Shown here piece after piece: positions 49,085-60,685 of a stretch of DNA of 64,000 nt. The position numbers were made by a program, and so were the translations under genes. The notes beneath the pieces are model-generated. The model had not been told where the DNA came from. It ran no database searches and was given only the letters and a program-made list of their open reading frames with translations. Each line of letters begins with the position of its first letter. The first letter of the stretch is position 1. This DNA is from Pseudogymnoascus verrucosus (taxonomy: Eukaryota): the NCBI GenBank assembly GCA_001662655.1, contig KV460210.1; one strand, given 5' to 3'.

Positions 49085-51841
49085 ATGCCACTACCCAGTG
49101 CCCATCCAGGTTCGAATCACACAACAAACACTTTACACAGGCCCATATACTCACAACTTGGTTATCCAGTTCCCGACGGTGCGGTTCCTGAAGGAGTCGA
49201 TGAAAGAGTAGCCAACTGGCTTGAGGACCATCCCGACTCGGCCGAAGACATGGCTACCAATACCCCGCCACGAGAGGCAGACGCAGGCAGTCTCACAGAT
49301 TCTACATACGAGTTTGTCGACGACGATACCGAGAGCAGAGATGGGAACGCAACTGAATCTGTAGCCTCAGCTGACTACTGCCGCCCAGATGATGTTACGA
49401 GCCTTGCCGACACAGAGAACAGCTTCGACGACACCGAATCCGAGAAGAGCCATGCCACAGGTGATACACCCGGTCTTGATAGCAATAACGAGGAAGCAGA
49501 AGCGCAAGAGATCGGCCAGAGTGCAGAGAGCTTTCTCCAGACTACCACAGGAACTTCAGACCAGCCGATCATATTTGAGGAGCCACAAGCCCACCGTGGT
49601 CCGATAATCGCCAGCCTTCCTATCAAAGATCTCTCCGAGGATGAGATTAAAGCGATAACTCCATACTTGAAACTCCGTGGTAACCGGGTGCCAGATCGGA
49701 TATCAGCTAGCCTCAGCCAGACTATGATGAGCACGCGAATATTGACAACTGTTGTGCCCTTGAGAATCTTGTATGTAGGCAGCCGTGGCGCGATGCATGA
49801 TATTATTCGCAAGATTGGAAGTGCTGTTGCCGCCTACATGGACAGCGACCCGTCATCAAGCAGCTCCTCGGCGACATTTTATAACGTCATACCAGTGAGT
49901 GACTTTGGATCGCACCATGCACCAGAGATCGAGTTGATGCCTTCCTCTGGCTGGAACTTCCAGGTTGAGGAATGCTTGAAAGCAGTTAACTTCCCTGCTG
50001 AAAGTACACAAGGAAAGGAAGGTATTCTGGAGTTGACGCTTGATAAAAACACATACCGCTCTGTGCCTCAAAACGGGGAATTCCATGTTCAGCCAAAATG
50101 GGAGCTACCTCACCTCTCGATCTTCTACTGCTCGGAAAATGATACGGAAGAAATGCGTCAGACACGGATGGCAGCTAGCGAATTTACCAGCAGGCACAAC
50201 ATTGCACAGATTTTCATCACTCACAAACCAATGCTTGAGAAGCCACTCGAGTGGGAAATCCCACTTGGGCACCACCCCATTCACTTGTCACTGGAAGCCA
50301 TGTTCTCATCAAGCATGCCAAGAGGAACTGTCCATCTCAGAATGCCAATTGATTTGGCATCTTTCATGAGCATTGATGCTCGTCAGATGAACAAGAACTT
50401 GGCTTATATCACATTCCGGGCTATGACGGAGCAAGGAGAGACGTCTGAAGCCGCTGGCTCCTCTGGATCCAAAGTTGTCCGCCAGATCCCTAAGACTACT
50501 CCCGCGGTCAAAGGACTTACCAACGTAAAGGCCACTAACTCACGAAATGTCTCCCGATTCCTGACGGGGCTTGGATGGAGAGACTTGGTACCACTCGGCT
50601 TACTGATTACCGGGATTCTGGCATCCATTTTTGCAAACTTCTACAGCTTCAAACCGATGCCTGCAAATCTGGTGTCGATCAATGGAAATCTGACTTCCAC
50701 ACATCCGTCGCCAGTTACCGTCATTACCTCCACAACCACCACGGAATCGGCAGTAATTAGCGGTAGCGCATCATATACTGCTCGAGTTCAGACAAAGACC
50801 ATTATCAAAACGATTGATGTGGAGGAGGTTCGCTCCAGCTCAACAAGCATATCCCTTGTCCAATCTAAGGACGTTAGTGCCGTCGCCGAACCCTACGATG
50901 GCCATACGATGGTATGCACTGCTGAACGTCTCGATGATCAGGAAGTCCTCATACGCATCCCATCTGCCACGAAGCTGAGTTGGCTTGCAAAAGAGGCCAT
51001 GCTTGTCAACGTCACACGCAACAACGAAACCGTCGACATAGAGCGCGTATACAGCTCACACTACGGAATTATCCTCCATTTTGCCCGCCACGAGGCCCAC
51101 GGAAATCTCCAGATCTCAGTCATCACAACCAAGCACCCCAAGATTAACAGGATCCTCCACGTTGATCTTGGGTCATCGTGGACCCGTGGCTTCCACGAGA
51201 CCCTAGACAAGCTTTGCCAGCGCGTCTATGACGACGTTCTCCCTAAAGACTTCAACCTTGATGAGACGCTCACACGTATCGATGAGTGGCGCAACCAAGC
51301 CGTCCTCCACGCTCAGTTCCTTGCTCACATTGGCCGCCAACAGGCCGAGGTGCAAGGAGCGAGAGCTGCGGAGGCGGGGCGCGAACTAGCAACGCAAGCT
51401 ATAACCACTGGGGTAGAGCTTGCAGATCGTGTGCGTGAGCCGCTTGGAGCTGCGCTGCTGAAGGCACAGGTGGATAGCAGAGCACAGTGGCTGCGCTTGA
51501 CAGGACGAGTTGACGAGGCCAAGGAGTACCAGCGAAAGGCCAGCGAGGCAGGGGTTACTACTGGAAAGTGCTCTCAGAATACCTGTGGGTGGTTGGGACG
51601 GAAGGTGACGAAGGAAGCAGTGAAGGAGAAGGAGAAGCCGAAAGACAAGGCTAAGCCATTGAGGGATTCGCTAAAGGAGCAGAAGGAACAGAAGGAGACG
51701 GAGGCACGAAAGGTTGTGTTCAAGGCGCGTATCGCGGAGAAGAAGAAGGAGACTAAAGCTCGGAGGGACGTGTTGAAGGAGCGCAAGGCAAGCCGGAAGA
51801 CTTGTAGTAAGAAGCGGAAGGCATGCAGGTCGAAGCGTTAG
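49085..51841 (+). CDS. Uncharacterised single-pass membrane protein (918 aa; alternative start near 49250)
   Basis: Long uninterrupted ORF: acidic N-terminus, globular middle, hydrophobic LVPLGLLITGILASIFANFYSF, S/T-rich segment, Lys/Arg-rich tail. Confidence 0.75.
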   Translation: MPLPSAHPGSNHTTNTLHRPIYSQLGYPVPDGAVPEGVDERVANWLEDHPDSAEDMATNTPPREADAGSLTDSTYEFVDDDTESRDGNATESVASADYCRPDDVTSLADTENSFDDTESEKSHATGDTPGLDSNNEEAEAQEIGQSAESFLQTTTGTSDQPIIFEEPQAHRGPIIASLPIKDLSEDEIKAITPYLKLRGNRVPDRISASLSQTMMSTRILTTVVPLRILYVGSRGAMHDIIRKIGSAVAAYMDSDPSSSSSSATFYNVIPVSDFGSHHAPEIELMPSSGWNFQVEECLKAVNFPAESTQGKEGILELTLDKNTYRSVPQNGEFHVQPKWELPHLSIFYCSENDTEEMRQTRMAASEFTSRHNIAQIFITHKPMLEKPLEWEIPLGHHPIHLSLEAMFSSSMPRGTVHLRMPIDLASFMSIDARQMNKNLAYITFRAMTEQGETSEAAGSSGSKVVRQIPKTTPAVKGLTNVKATNSRNVSRFLTGLGWRDLVPLGLLITGILASIFANFYSFKPMPANLVSINGNLTSTHPSPVTVITSTTTTESAVISGSASYTARVQTKTIIKTIDVEEVRSSSTSISLVQSKDVSAVAEPYDGHTMVCTAERLDDQEVLIRIPSATKLSWLAKEAMLVNVTRNNETVDIERVYSSHYGIILHFARHEAHGNLQISVITTKHPKINRILHVDLGSSWTRGFHETLDKLCQRVYDDVLPKDFNLDETLTRIDEWRNQAVLHAQFLAHIGRQQAEVQGARAAEAGRELATQAITTGVELADRVREPLGAALLKAQVDSRAQWLRLTGRVDEAKEYQRKASEAGVTTGKCSQNTCGWLGRKVTKEAVKEKEKPKDKAKPLRDSLKEQKEQKETEARKVVFKARIAEKKKETKARRDVLKERKASRKTCSKKRKACRSKR

Positions 51842-52285
51842 AGGACGGATGGAAGCGACTAGTGTCGCTGATGTTGCTGGAGATTCGTGAGCTTTGATTT
51901 TTATTTTTTTGCCAGATTAAGGGGGGATGAGAGTCTCTGCTTCTTACTCGAGAGATGGCGTAGGTAGGACGTACGTACTCAGTCAGGTACTTTGTTATAG
52001 TTACGTGCAGTGCTAGGAATTAACAAGATAAATATTGCGAATATAATTCTAATATAATATTTTCTGAGAAATGAAAAAGGACGCCTCCTTATCATGGTAA
52101 ATCAGTAGAGTATGGGCTTCAGCACCCCCATGCTCCCGCACCTGCCCCACGTGGATATTGTTCTGCCCCGACCTACCGCCCAACCCGCACCTTCCCCAAC
52201 GAACTCTTGGCACTATTTCCAACAACTTCTCAGCTATCTCACCCTCCTCCTTCCCTCCTCCGTTCCACACACGACCAAATCCAAA

Positions 52286-53047
52286 ATGTCTGACGCCGCC
52301 ACATCCTCCTCCGCAGCCGCGGCGCGCCCGGCCTCCAACTCCCTGAAGGCGAACTACCTCCTCGGCTACAATGCCGTGTCCATGTTCTCATGGCTCTCGC
52401 TTCTATGGCATGCCGGGCTGAGCCTCAAGGTCGAGGGCCTCGAGTATGTGCACCCGCAGGTCGACACCTTCTGGAAGGTTACGCAGTCGCTCGCCGTGCT
52501 TGAGATTGTGCACTCTGCTTTCGGTAGGTCTCTCTTGTCTTGTCTTGTCTTGTGTGTTTGGGCGTGATCTCGCGTGCGGTGATGTGGATTTGTTGAGCTG
52601 ACAAGCTGGATAGGCATTGTCCGCTCGCCCTTCATGACGACACTGATTCAAGTTGCGTCGCGCTTCCTGATCGTCTGGGGAACCGTCACTCCGTTCCCGG
52701 AGGTCGCGAAGAGCTGGGTGTTCATCAGCCTGCTAATTGCGCATGGTGTCACGGAGGTGATTCGCTACGGATACTTTGCCATGGCGCTCAGCGGGGAGAC
52801 GATTGAGTTCCTGGGGTGGCTGAGATATAATACGTTTATTGTGCTGTACCCGCTCGGCATTGCGAGTGAGTGCTGGCTCATGTACCTTGCGATCCCGTAC
52901 GCGAACGAGGTGTCGGAGCTGTGGGGATACTTCTACTACGCGATGCTGGCGATTTACATCCCGGGCACGTACGTGCTGTATTCGTACATGATGAAGCAAA
53001 GGCGGAAGGCTATGAGGGGCAAGGCGGTGGAGAAGAAGAACCAGTGA
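52286..53047 (+). CDS. PHS1: Very-long-chain 3-hydroxyacyl-CoA dehydratase (PTPLA); intron about 52524-52613
   Basis: YLLGYN, QSLAVLEIVHSAFG|IVRSP..TTLIQVASR, TEVIRYGY, WLRYNTFIVLYPLG.ASE and YMMKQRRK. Confidence 0.93.
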
Positions 53048-53539
53048 GGTTGAGGGCGAGGAAGGCTGAGACGAAGGGGTAAAAATGATGTGGGATATTT
53101 AAGTATGAATAGATGATGGCTTACTGTATATTATAATGGAAATGAAAGGCGCGAGTAGCGCTGCGTTTGCTCGAAGATTCGTATATTGTAACATGGCTGC
53201 ATAGATCACTTCAACGCCGTCATGAAAACGGTTGACGGAAGCATGATATTCGTGTCGTGCAACTAGTGTGTGGACACGTGCCGGGCAAGGGAATGAACGC
53301 CTGTTAAGGAAGGAGCAATGGATGCGCCTTCCCATGTTATTATTTTGAGGGATGGGTCGTTTTTTCCCTCTTTTTCAGTTTTTGGGCGGCATCGTTCCTT
53401 CCCGCCCTTTCGGGTTTGGGACAGCATCGTTCCTTCCATCCCTTCAGTACTGGTATGGTTCTGAGTTCTTAGCTCTTGCCATCCCAAAAACAAGACAGTC
53501 TGTCATAGTTCTCGGAAACCAGCAAAATAGAATCATGTA

Positions 53540-54486
53540 TCATAACGTCTTCATTAAATCTCTAACCGCCTTTGCGGCAAACTTCTTCCTCTCGGCTTCT
53601 GGCATACCAGCACCTAGATCTACTCCGTGTTAGCCTGCACCTACGTATCTGGACGACCGCGGATAAAAACTTACCTCGCATAGCCTGCATCTTCAACATT
53701 AACGCCTCCAACCCCTCAACACTCTCCTCTTCCTCCTCGACATCCTTCCCAAAAATCGGCCTCCTCATCCCCTCCACGTCCTCCTCTCCAATCTCAAACC
53801 CGCCCTCCAAGTCCCCTTCAAACCCCAACCCCAACTCCTTCTCCAATCCCTCTACCCCCCCATCCCCGCCACTCCACTCATTGGCCTCCAATGCCTCTCT
53901 AACCCTGTCCACACCCACCACCTCACCGGACTCATCCTTTCCCGTCGCAGCCCCATCAACGACCTCCCAGCCCTCTGCCCAACCCTTGTCATCTTCCCCA
54001 GCGGTGGCATCAAGGAGAACACCGAGACGAACAACCTCCCCCGCGTCTCCTTCAGAAACACTGGCCACTCTATCTACTTCCTTCAATACCCTCTCCAACT
54101 CATTCCATCCTGCCCTTCCTTTCCCACGGTTAAGGAGAACCACGTACCCTCCAACCGCGGCAAGGACCTCTGCCGCCTCTTTCTTGCAAAACATGTCCGC
54201 CCACACATTGATCCCATCAGGATTGATGATGTCAATCCATATCTGGACGTCTGCTACGTAATATGTGGTCTTTAGACTGAGCGGGTGGGATGAACCTGCG
54301 AGGGTCCCCACTTCTGCACTGGGGGGCGGTGGCGCGGTGCCTGTTAGATCTGTGGGGTGTTAGTTCGGTATTTCTGAAGGAATGGAAGGGAAGACCTTTG
54401 AGGAATGTGCTGGCGGTTGCGTCAGAGGGGGCGATGAGGAGGATGCGCCGGGGGTCTTTGACCTGTGGCGCTGTTGACGGGGTCAT
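53540..54486 (-). CDS. IRC6: Alpha/gamma-adaptin-binding protein p34 / Irc6; introns 54350-54395 and near 53622-53674
   Basis: PRRILLI, LKTTYYVADVQIWID, EAAEVLAAVGG, GVDRVREALEANEW and LMLKMQAMR|DLGAGMPEAERKKFAAKAV. Confidence 0.8.
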
Positions 54487-54780
54487 TTTGATATTGAGTT
54501 CCGAGCTTGTTTTTTTCAGTGGCGAGGGCGTATCTTTTACTCTCCTCTCTCGATTCGTTCTTTTCCTGCTTTATTCAATAAAATCTCCGTTTGCCCTTTT
54601 TAATGCGCCGCGTAATCTATAACAGTTTACAGCGTCCTCAGTGACATTGGATATAAATCGAAGGCCAACACGTGAACTCCCATACGCCAAGCCCCACCAA
54701 CCACTACCCCACCATTACCAAAAAATCGCTCACACAATGCCGTAAAATCCAACCTACGTCTTCGTTGCCAACAATAACCG

Positions 54781-54852
54781 GCTTCTGTGGTCCAATGGTT
54801 AGGATTCCACCCTTCCAAGGTGGAGGTTCGTGTTCGATTCACGGCAGTTGCA
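54781..54852 (+). tRNA. tRNA-Gly(TCC), copy 1
   Basis: D arm GTCC-AATGGTTA-GGAT, anticodon arm CCACC-CTTCCAA-GGTGG, T arm TCGTG-TTCGATT-CACGG; oligo-T terminator at about 54862-54869. Confidence 0.9.
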
Positions 54853-55000
54853 AACATCTGATTTTTTTTGGCGTTTCTCTTGCCTCGTGGAGGGGTGAAA
54901 TGTTCCCCTCTGTATTTTCTTTTGAATTTTTTATGTACTTTTTACGATGGGGTCCTTCATTCTTGCTGCGGTTCTACGTCGTTCCTGCCACCAATAACCA

Positions 55001-55072
55001 GCTTCTGTGGTCCAATGGTTAGGATTCCACCCTTCCAAGGTGGAGGTTCGTGTTCGATTCACGGCAGTTGCA
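55001..55072 (+). tRNA. tRNA-Gly(TCC), copy 2 (identical to copy 1)
   Basis: Same 72 nt exactly 220 bp downstream; T-run at about 55085-55090. Confidence 0.9.
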
Positions 55073-56026
55073 AAACATTCATTATTTTTTGGCATTTCTT
55101 TTCCTTCGCTCGATTCACTTTTTGGGTGTTAGGTGGGTGAAAGGCTTTCCTTTTTATTTTATTCGCTTTATTTGCTTTTTATGATAGGGTCTTTCATTCT
55201 TGCCAACTTCTGCTTCGGTACAGTGTAAATGCATCATTCCTACCACCACGCTGATTTTCACGCCCAGAGAACGGGGAAGTAGCGACCCGCAAAATAACAA
55301 CGAACGAACGACTTCTTGTCAGGAATCGAATGACTAGCTCTCAGAGAGGCCTGCGAAGGAGTCCATTACGAGGACGACATCCTTATTGTGTGAAACAAGC
55401 TCGGCGGCTCCATCCGCGAAGCCATGGTCTAGTGGCGTGGCATCAGAGGGCGGAGGGGTAGGGGGAAGGCTGATAGCGGGGTAGGCGTGGTTGACGAGCG
55501 AGTCAACAACGTCTTCGAAGATGTCGAGCTGGGATGTGCCAGACGCCAGGGGCCAGAACGTATGTGATAGGTGTTTCATACCGCACCATTACTATCGTTT
55601 TCATGCAGCAAAAATTGGGAGGCAGCAAACTATGCAGAGAAACACATACAACACGACGTCTGTCTCGCTCTGGAGCCTGCTATAGGCAGAGGTGCCAAGT
55701 CACCGTGCTGAAGCGCTTACAACCTTGTAATATTCTCAGGCCAACGACTCCCTAGAGGCAACATCCTCAATTGCGTTGTGATCCCAAACGACTCAATGGA
55801 GTTGCTAGCCCTTTTTTGTGGATGAACAGCAACCAAAGCTGATACGACGTCCAGTAAAGTTGCGGTGTTTGAGTGCATATATGAACTGCATATTAAGCGC
55901 CCACGACACATTACTCCCTTGGCGTTTGCAATAGGCTTCAAATATACTGTTAAATTGGGCCCTAATAGCCATACCTTGGATATCAACAGAAAAGCTCTGC
56001 AATACAACTATGCTTTCTATGTCAGC

Positions 56027-58891
56027 ATGTCTACAGCCATTGTTCCAAGCGGTGGCAGCGACAACTCAAATGTCTTCACTCAACAAGGCACAGTCGATTG
56101 GACATTATTATCAGGGTCAACCGTGAACTTCACTATTGAAATCCTTGCGCGGTTGTCGAAGGCTGGCGTTGAACCGATTACAGCTGCGATGGGCCAGGCA
56201 ATTTTTGCTGGGTTCAATCTTGACCCAGATGGACAAATAAGATTCTCTAGTACTATATCACGCTTGAAAGCATTTTCGTCGTATGGAAATGTTATGTGGT
56301 TTGGATTTGGAGTGAAGCACATTATCCGCACATTGTCCGAGACGGAGCAAGGCGCAACATGTGCTGCCATCTGTGCTTGTCTATCGGTCTCATACGACAA
56401 GTTCTTTTGCAGCAAAGTTCTAAAGGCTCTTGCCGACCAACAAAAAGCCCCGAACACTTTAGTGCCATCTCTTTCTCAATGGGCGGCTCTCGCCAACATA
56501 TGTGCTGGGGCGGTATCAGGCTCACGATTCCCTCAGTTAGTAGAAGTATATTCACGCATAATGCAGTCATATGATGGCGATAGCAGAAATGCATTACAAG
56601 AGACAACATCTCCTGACAAACTTGCAAGAGCTATTTTAGAGCTTGGAAAGGTTTCCTCTGGAACTGTTCAAAGTGTCACATTTATTGGCGGTGTAGATTG
56701 CGGCTGGCTTGCGGCTCTTGCACAATGGCTTCTATCTCTTAAGGTGGATATTGTGGCCGCGGATGGCTCAGTCTTATACTCTAGTAGGACATCGGTTGAC
56801 CCGTCCTATTATCCCCAGGTCTCAATTGTGCAGGGATTGGGCCATAATGGCCGGGGCAGTTCAACACTCTTTAAGAGATCTGTTTTCGTTATGCCAGGGA
56901 AACTGTTTTTTGGTGCCAAATGGGATTTAGTCGACCGCCAACGACATTTTTTCTCGGCGGGGAGATCGGAATGGCGAACCATTTTGCATGATACATTTGG
57001 TGCGGATTTTGATACACTTCTACATCCGGAGATAATACAGGATTTTGCGGAGCTTCTCTGTTGCGGATTTTCTGTTTCTGATTCAGATAACGGCCAGCGC
57101 CATGTCGATCCCTGGAGAGGCCTTTCTACGACCAGTACAGAGAGTCGACTCCTGCAACTTTCTTTTGCCGCACAACGCTTGCCTGAGCTTATACCCGTAT
57201 GTCAGATTGCAAAACAGAAAGTCTATTTTCAAGAGAGAAGTTATGGCGAACATAATACCTTTCCAAGAGTACTTGCGCGCCACTGCTCGTGCGACCAATG
57301 CAAGTTTCATCGAGAACATCTGGCTGGAAAGAGTGGTCATTTCCCTCTAATCTCGAAAAAAATCTGTTTAGAAAAAGTCGCCTTAGCTATTTTTGAGTAT
57401 ATTTGGACCCTTTCTTGGCTGGATATAGATGAGAATGTTTACCCATCTGTTCGTGGCTTGCTTCTGACGTATAGAGGCCAGAAAACAGACCGATATGACG
57501 ACAGTTTCCGAACAGATACCATAAAAGACAAGCTTTTCCAAAAACCGTTGATGTCTAAAGCCATAGAATTATTTACTGGCCTCCCCGAAACTGACCATCA
57601 ATGGGCCTGGGGGTTGTCGGCCGGATGCAAAGCTGGTGTTTGCGCCTATCTTCCGTCGCTAAAAAACCCAACAACTTCGCCGCCGGAACAGCTTCGCGTC
57701 ATTGTAGTTGCAGGCCACATTGAGTGGAATAGTAAAACATTTTCAATGGTCAAAGACGGACGGAGTGAAATGGTCGAGGTATCATTGGGAGACCTCGCCT
57801 CAACTTTCGTCCAGACTTATGGCCTCAATGTGGACCTTAAGCTACGTGTGCAAGAGACCTTTACGTCGGATGTTTTAGAGGCAGATCTCTGGGTTTCAAG
57901 CAAACCAATAGAGCCGTTGCAGCGCATTTCATACCACGATGGCCATATAGTCGACCCCCCGCCTGCGTCTAGCTCACCTACCCGCATACAAACTTTTGGC
58001 GCTGCGAAAATAAGAGCAGCCATTATATCTAGCAGATTTACATCTAGCTGCCACTCCGAGTCAGTAGAGACGAATGCTCTCTCTATTGATGGACCGATCT
58101 GCTGGTCCGGCCCTTGTTCTGATGCCGCCAAATATCTGTGGGTTGATGGCTACAATAACAAAAGTTATAGCCCTACAAATGAAGAGTGGGCGCTGATATC
58201 TCAAAGCGAATGTTGCCAAGAGATAGTCCGGGGACCATATCAGCTGCTATATTCAGTCATCTGCAGAATGAAGGGAAAGGCCAAAATCCGCTTAGGCTCT
58301 GCTACTTGTTTGATGTGCTTATTGGGAACACATCGGAATCTACGAGGTGTAGAGCATATCAGGATTGTTATTGGTCGTGGCAATCACGGCCACAGCAGGT
58401 GGTCCTATTCTCATATTCGCAATCTAGAGCGTGTTACTGTACATTCATTCCTGGGTAGTAGACCTTCATCGCAGGTCCTTCTCACTTCCGCAAAATTTCC
58501 CTCTGGGATGCCAACTAAACAGCCGCCCTTAGGGCCAGACAGTGCAGTTTCTGGGATTAATCAAGAATCGAATTCTGGTGTCGTCCCAGGTCGGCCAATG
58601 CTTCTCGCTACGCCGCAAACTGCACAATCGCCCTCTGAGCCAGAGAATACAATCTCCAGTAACAATCAACAATCGGATTCCAGTGTCGCCCCAAGCCCGG
58701 CGACACTCCCTCCTACGTCACGACCTGCACAGCCGCCCTCAGAGTTAGGCCATACAACTCCCGGCATTGATCAAAAAGAATCGGATTCTAGTGTCATCCC
58801 AAGCCAGGAAATAAAGGGCGGAATACCTCACCGAGGACGGGACTTTAAGAGTCCCAATCCAAGAGAAATCCAAAGGGCTAGGAGTCTGTAA
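56027..58891 (+). CDS. Uncharacterised intronless fungal protein (about 954 aa) with degenerate C-terminal repeats
   Basis: Long ORF; first plausible ATG at 56027 (MSTAIVPSGG...TVDWTLL...WFGFGVKHIIRTL). Confidence 0.7.
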   Translation: MSTAIVPSGGSDNSNVFTQQGTVDWTLLSGSTVNFTIEILARLSKAGVEPITAAMGQAIFAGFNLDPDGQIRFSSTISRLKAFSSYGNVMWFGFGVKHIIRTLSETEQGATCAAICACLSVSYDKFFCSKVLKALADQQKAPNTLVPSLSQWAALANICAGAVSGSRFPQLVEVYSRIMQSYDGDSRNALQETTSPDKLARAILELGKVSSGTVQSVTFIGGVDCGWLAALAQWLLSLKVDIVAADGSVLYSSRTSVDPSYYPQVSIVQGLGHNGRGSSTLFKRSVFVMPGKLFFGAKWDLVDRQRHFFSAGRSEWRTILHDTFGADFDTLLHPEIIQDFAELLCCGFSVSDSDNGQRHVDPWRGLSTTSTESRLLQLSFAAQRLPELIPVCQIAKQKVYFQERSYGEHNTFPRVLARHCSCDQCKFHREHLAGKSGHFPLISKKICLEKVALAIFEYIWTLSWLDIDENVYPSVRGLLLTYRGQKTDRYDDSFRTDTIKDKLFQKPLMSKAIELFTGLPETDHQWAWGLSAGCKAGVCAYLPSLKNPTTSPPEQLRVIVVAGHIEWNSKTFSMVKDGRSEMVEVSLGDLASTFVQTYGLNVDLKLRVQETFTSDVLEADLWVSSKPIEPLQRISYHDGHIVDPPPASSSPTRIQTFGAAKIRAAIISSRFTSSCHSESVETNALSIDGPICWSGPCSDAAKYLWVDGYNNKSYSPTNEEWALISQSECCQEIVRGPYQLLYSVICRMKGKAKIRLGSATCLMCLLGTHRNLRGVEHIRIVIGRGNHGHSRWSYSHIRNLERVTVHSFLGSRPSSQVLLTSAKFPSGMPTKQPPLGPDSAVSGINQESNSGVVPGRPMLLATPQTAQSPSEPENTISSNNQQSDSSVAPSPATLPPTSRPAQPPSELGHTTPGIDQKESDSSVIPSQEIKGGIPHRGRDFKSPNPREIQRARSL

Positions 58892-60653
58892 TCAAATTCC
58901 CGAAGGGCGTGGCTGGGGGTTTAGGGGCGCGAGAGGGACTATATATCCCGAGACGGAACGGCTCTAGGAGCAATGCGGTTGGAGATCGACCAGGACAATA
59001 ACTGGAAGGGGCGAGAGTAGAGTACTATGACTAGGGATATATATTTTCTTTATAGCTATGAGCATTACTTGAGCGGTCTCGAGGGCGGAGTTAAGGGATT
59101 TCTGCGAATTTAAGAATTTGATAATTACAATTTAAACTTTTATAATGGGATTTTAACATTTAAAGGCCTATAATATGATGAGCACAGTCTGGAGATCGAG
59201 CCTGCACGCTCTATCAACTCTTGCTATACAAACTCACATTAGACAACGGCTCTATAAACCATTCATTCTACTTACTTCCTAGAGTTACTAGAACCTATAA
59301 TCCCGCTCGAAATTTTAACCGCACACACACCGTCGCCGCAGGGATTATCACGATTTAACAGATTTTATAGGCCGCTATGAATCTAAACAGACCTGCAAAA
59401 ACACCCATATTCATATAATACCTACAATAACTTACCACCATCATACCCTCACCTCACCCCAAAAACACAACCCCCTTACCCCTCCCTCCCCGCCCCTTTA
59501 CAAACCCCGCACCACCAACCCCCCTCACCACACACCTCCCACCACCACCCACGCACAAAACCCCCAAACCCCTCCCCAAACCAACTTTTCCAACAACAAC
59601 CAAACTTCCCTCTAAAAAAAATCAAATATATATAAATAGCAACCCCTATCCCATAATTTTCCCACCTTCTCAAACATTCTAGCACACCCGCTCCCACCCA
59701 CGGTTCCGAGCAATCGCATTCCACCGCCCGCCTTGGTCCCGACCGCACTGATACTTGGCTGTTGTGTCCCAGCATCACGTAATCCCCCCCCACAAGCGAC
59801 TCCATCGGTACCTGGCGCTAAACCTGTTCCTGTCGCGGGTCCACATAGGACTGTGATGCGCTGCGGGACCTCGCTGGCTGTATCACCGGTGCTGCACTGC
59901 AGGTTGGAAAGGGCCCTGTGTGAGGGACGGAGGGTTTGTGGGATCTACGAGACAGGAGGGAGGATACGATTGTTTTTGGAACGGCAAAAGGGGCTTCAAC
60001 TTACGTGTGTACTGTGTAGTTACGGTTACGAGTAGACTCCTCGTATCATCCATCTACCCTTCGTATCCCCATCCCCATCCCCCAAGTCCTCTGTCCCCCC
60101 ATGCATAATCCTCCTCCCCATCGGCGCACACACACACACATTTTCGGAGCACGATACGCCGGAGCGGAGGGAACGCATGCGGCCGGGTGGGTGCAATTGT
60201 TTCTCCGTCTCGGCCCTGGGTGAGGCGTGCGTGCGGGCGGCTAGTATCGCGAGTTTGCTTGTTGTGTGTGTGTGTGCCGTGTGGGATGGTGGGGTGGGAC
60301 ACGGGAGGGGAGGTTGTGCGATTGTGGCGAAGGCGGGAGGGAGGGTGATTGACGCGACGGGATGGAATGGGATGGAGGTGCAGGTAGGGAGGTGGGTGGG
60401 TGTGTTTGTTTAAAGGGGTTCGGGGGTTTGGATTTTGATGGGTGATGGATGATGGGATAGGAGGTGGGTGGTGGGATACGATGGAGTACTCGATACGATG
60501 CCAGCACTGTCGAGGTGAAGATGCAGGTACAGTACAAACGTGCTTTGTAAGGCTGTCTGTCACCGCCACCGTGCCGGGTTGGTCGGCTGTTTGATGTTTA
60601 CCCATCCATCCCCGTTCTCGAGCATCGTGTCGCGACGCCATTATGCACGCAAC

Positions 60654-60685
60654 TAAGTAAGTAAAGTAAAGTAAAGTAAAGTAAG
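60654..60685. repeat. (GTAAA)n microsatellite
   Basis: taagtaagtaaagtaaagtaaagtaaagtaag. Confidence 0.85.
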
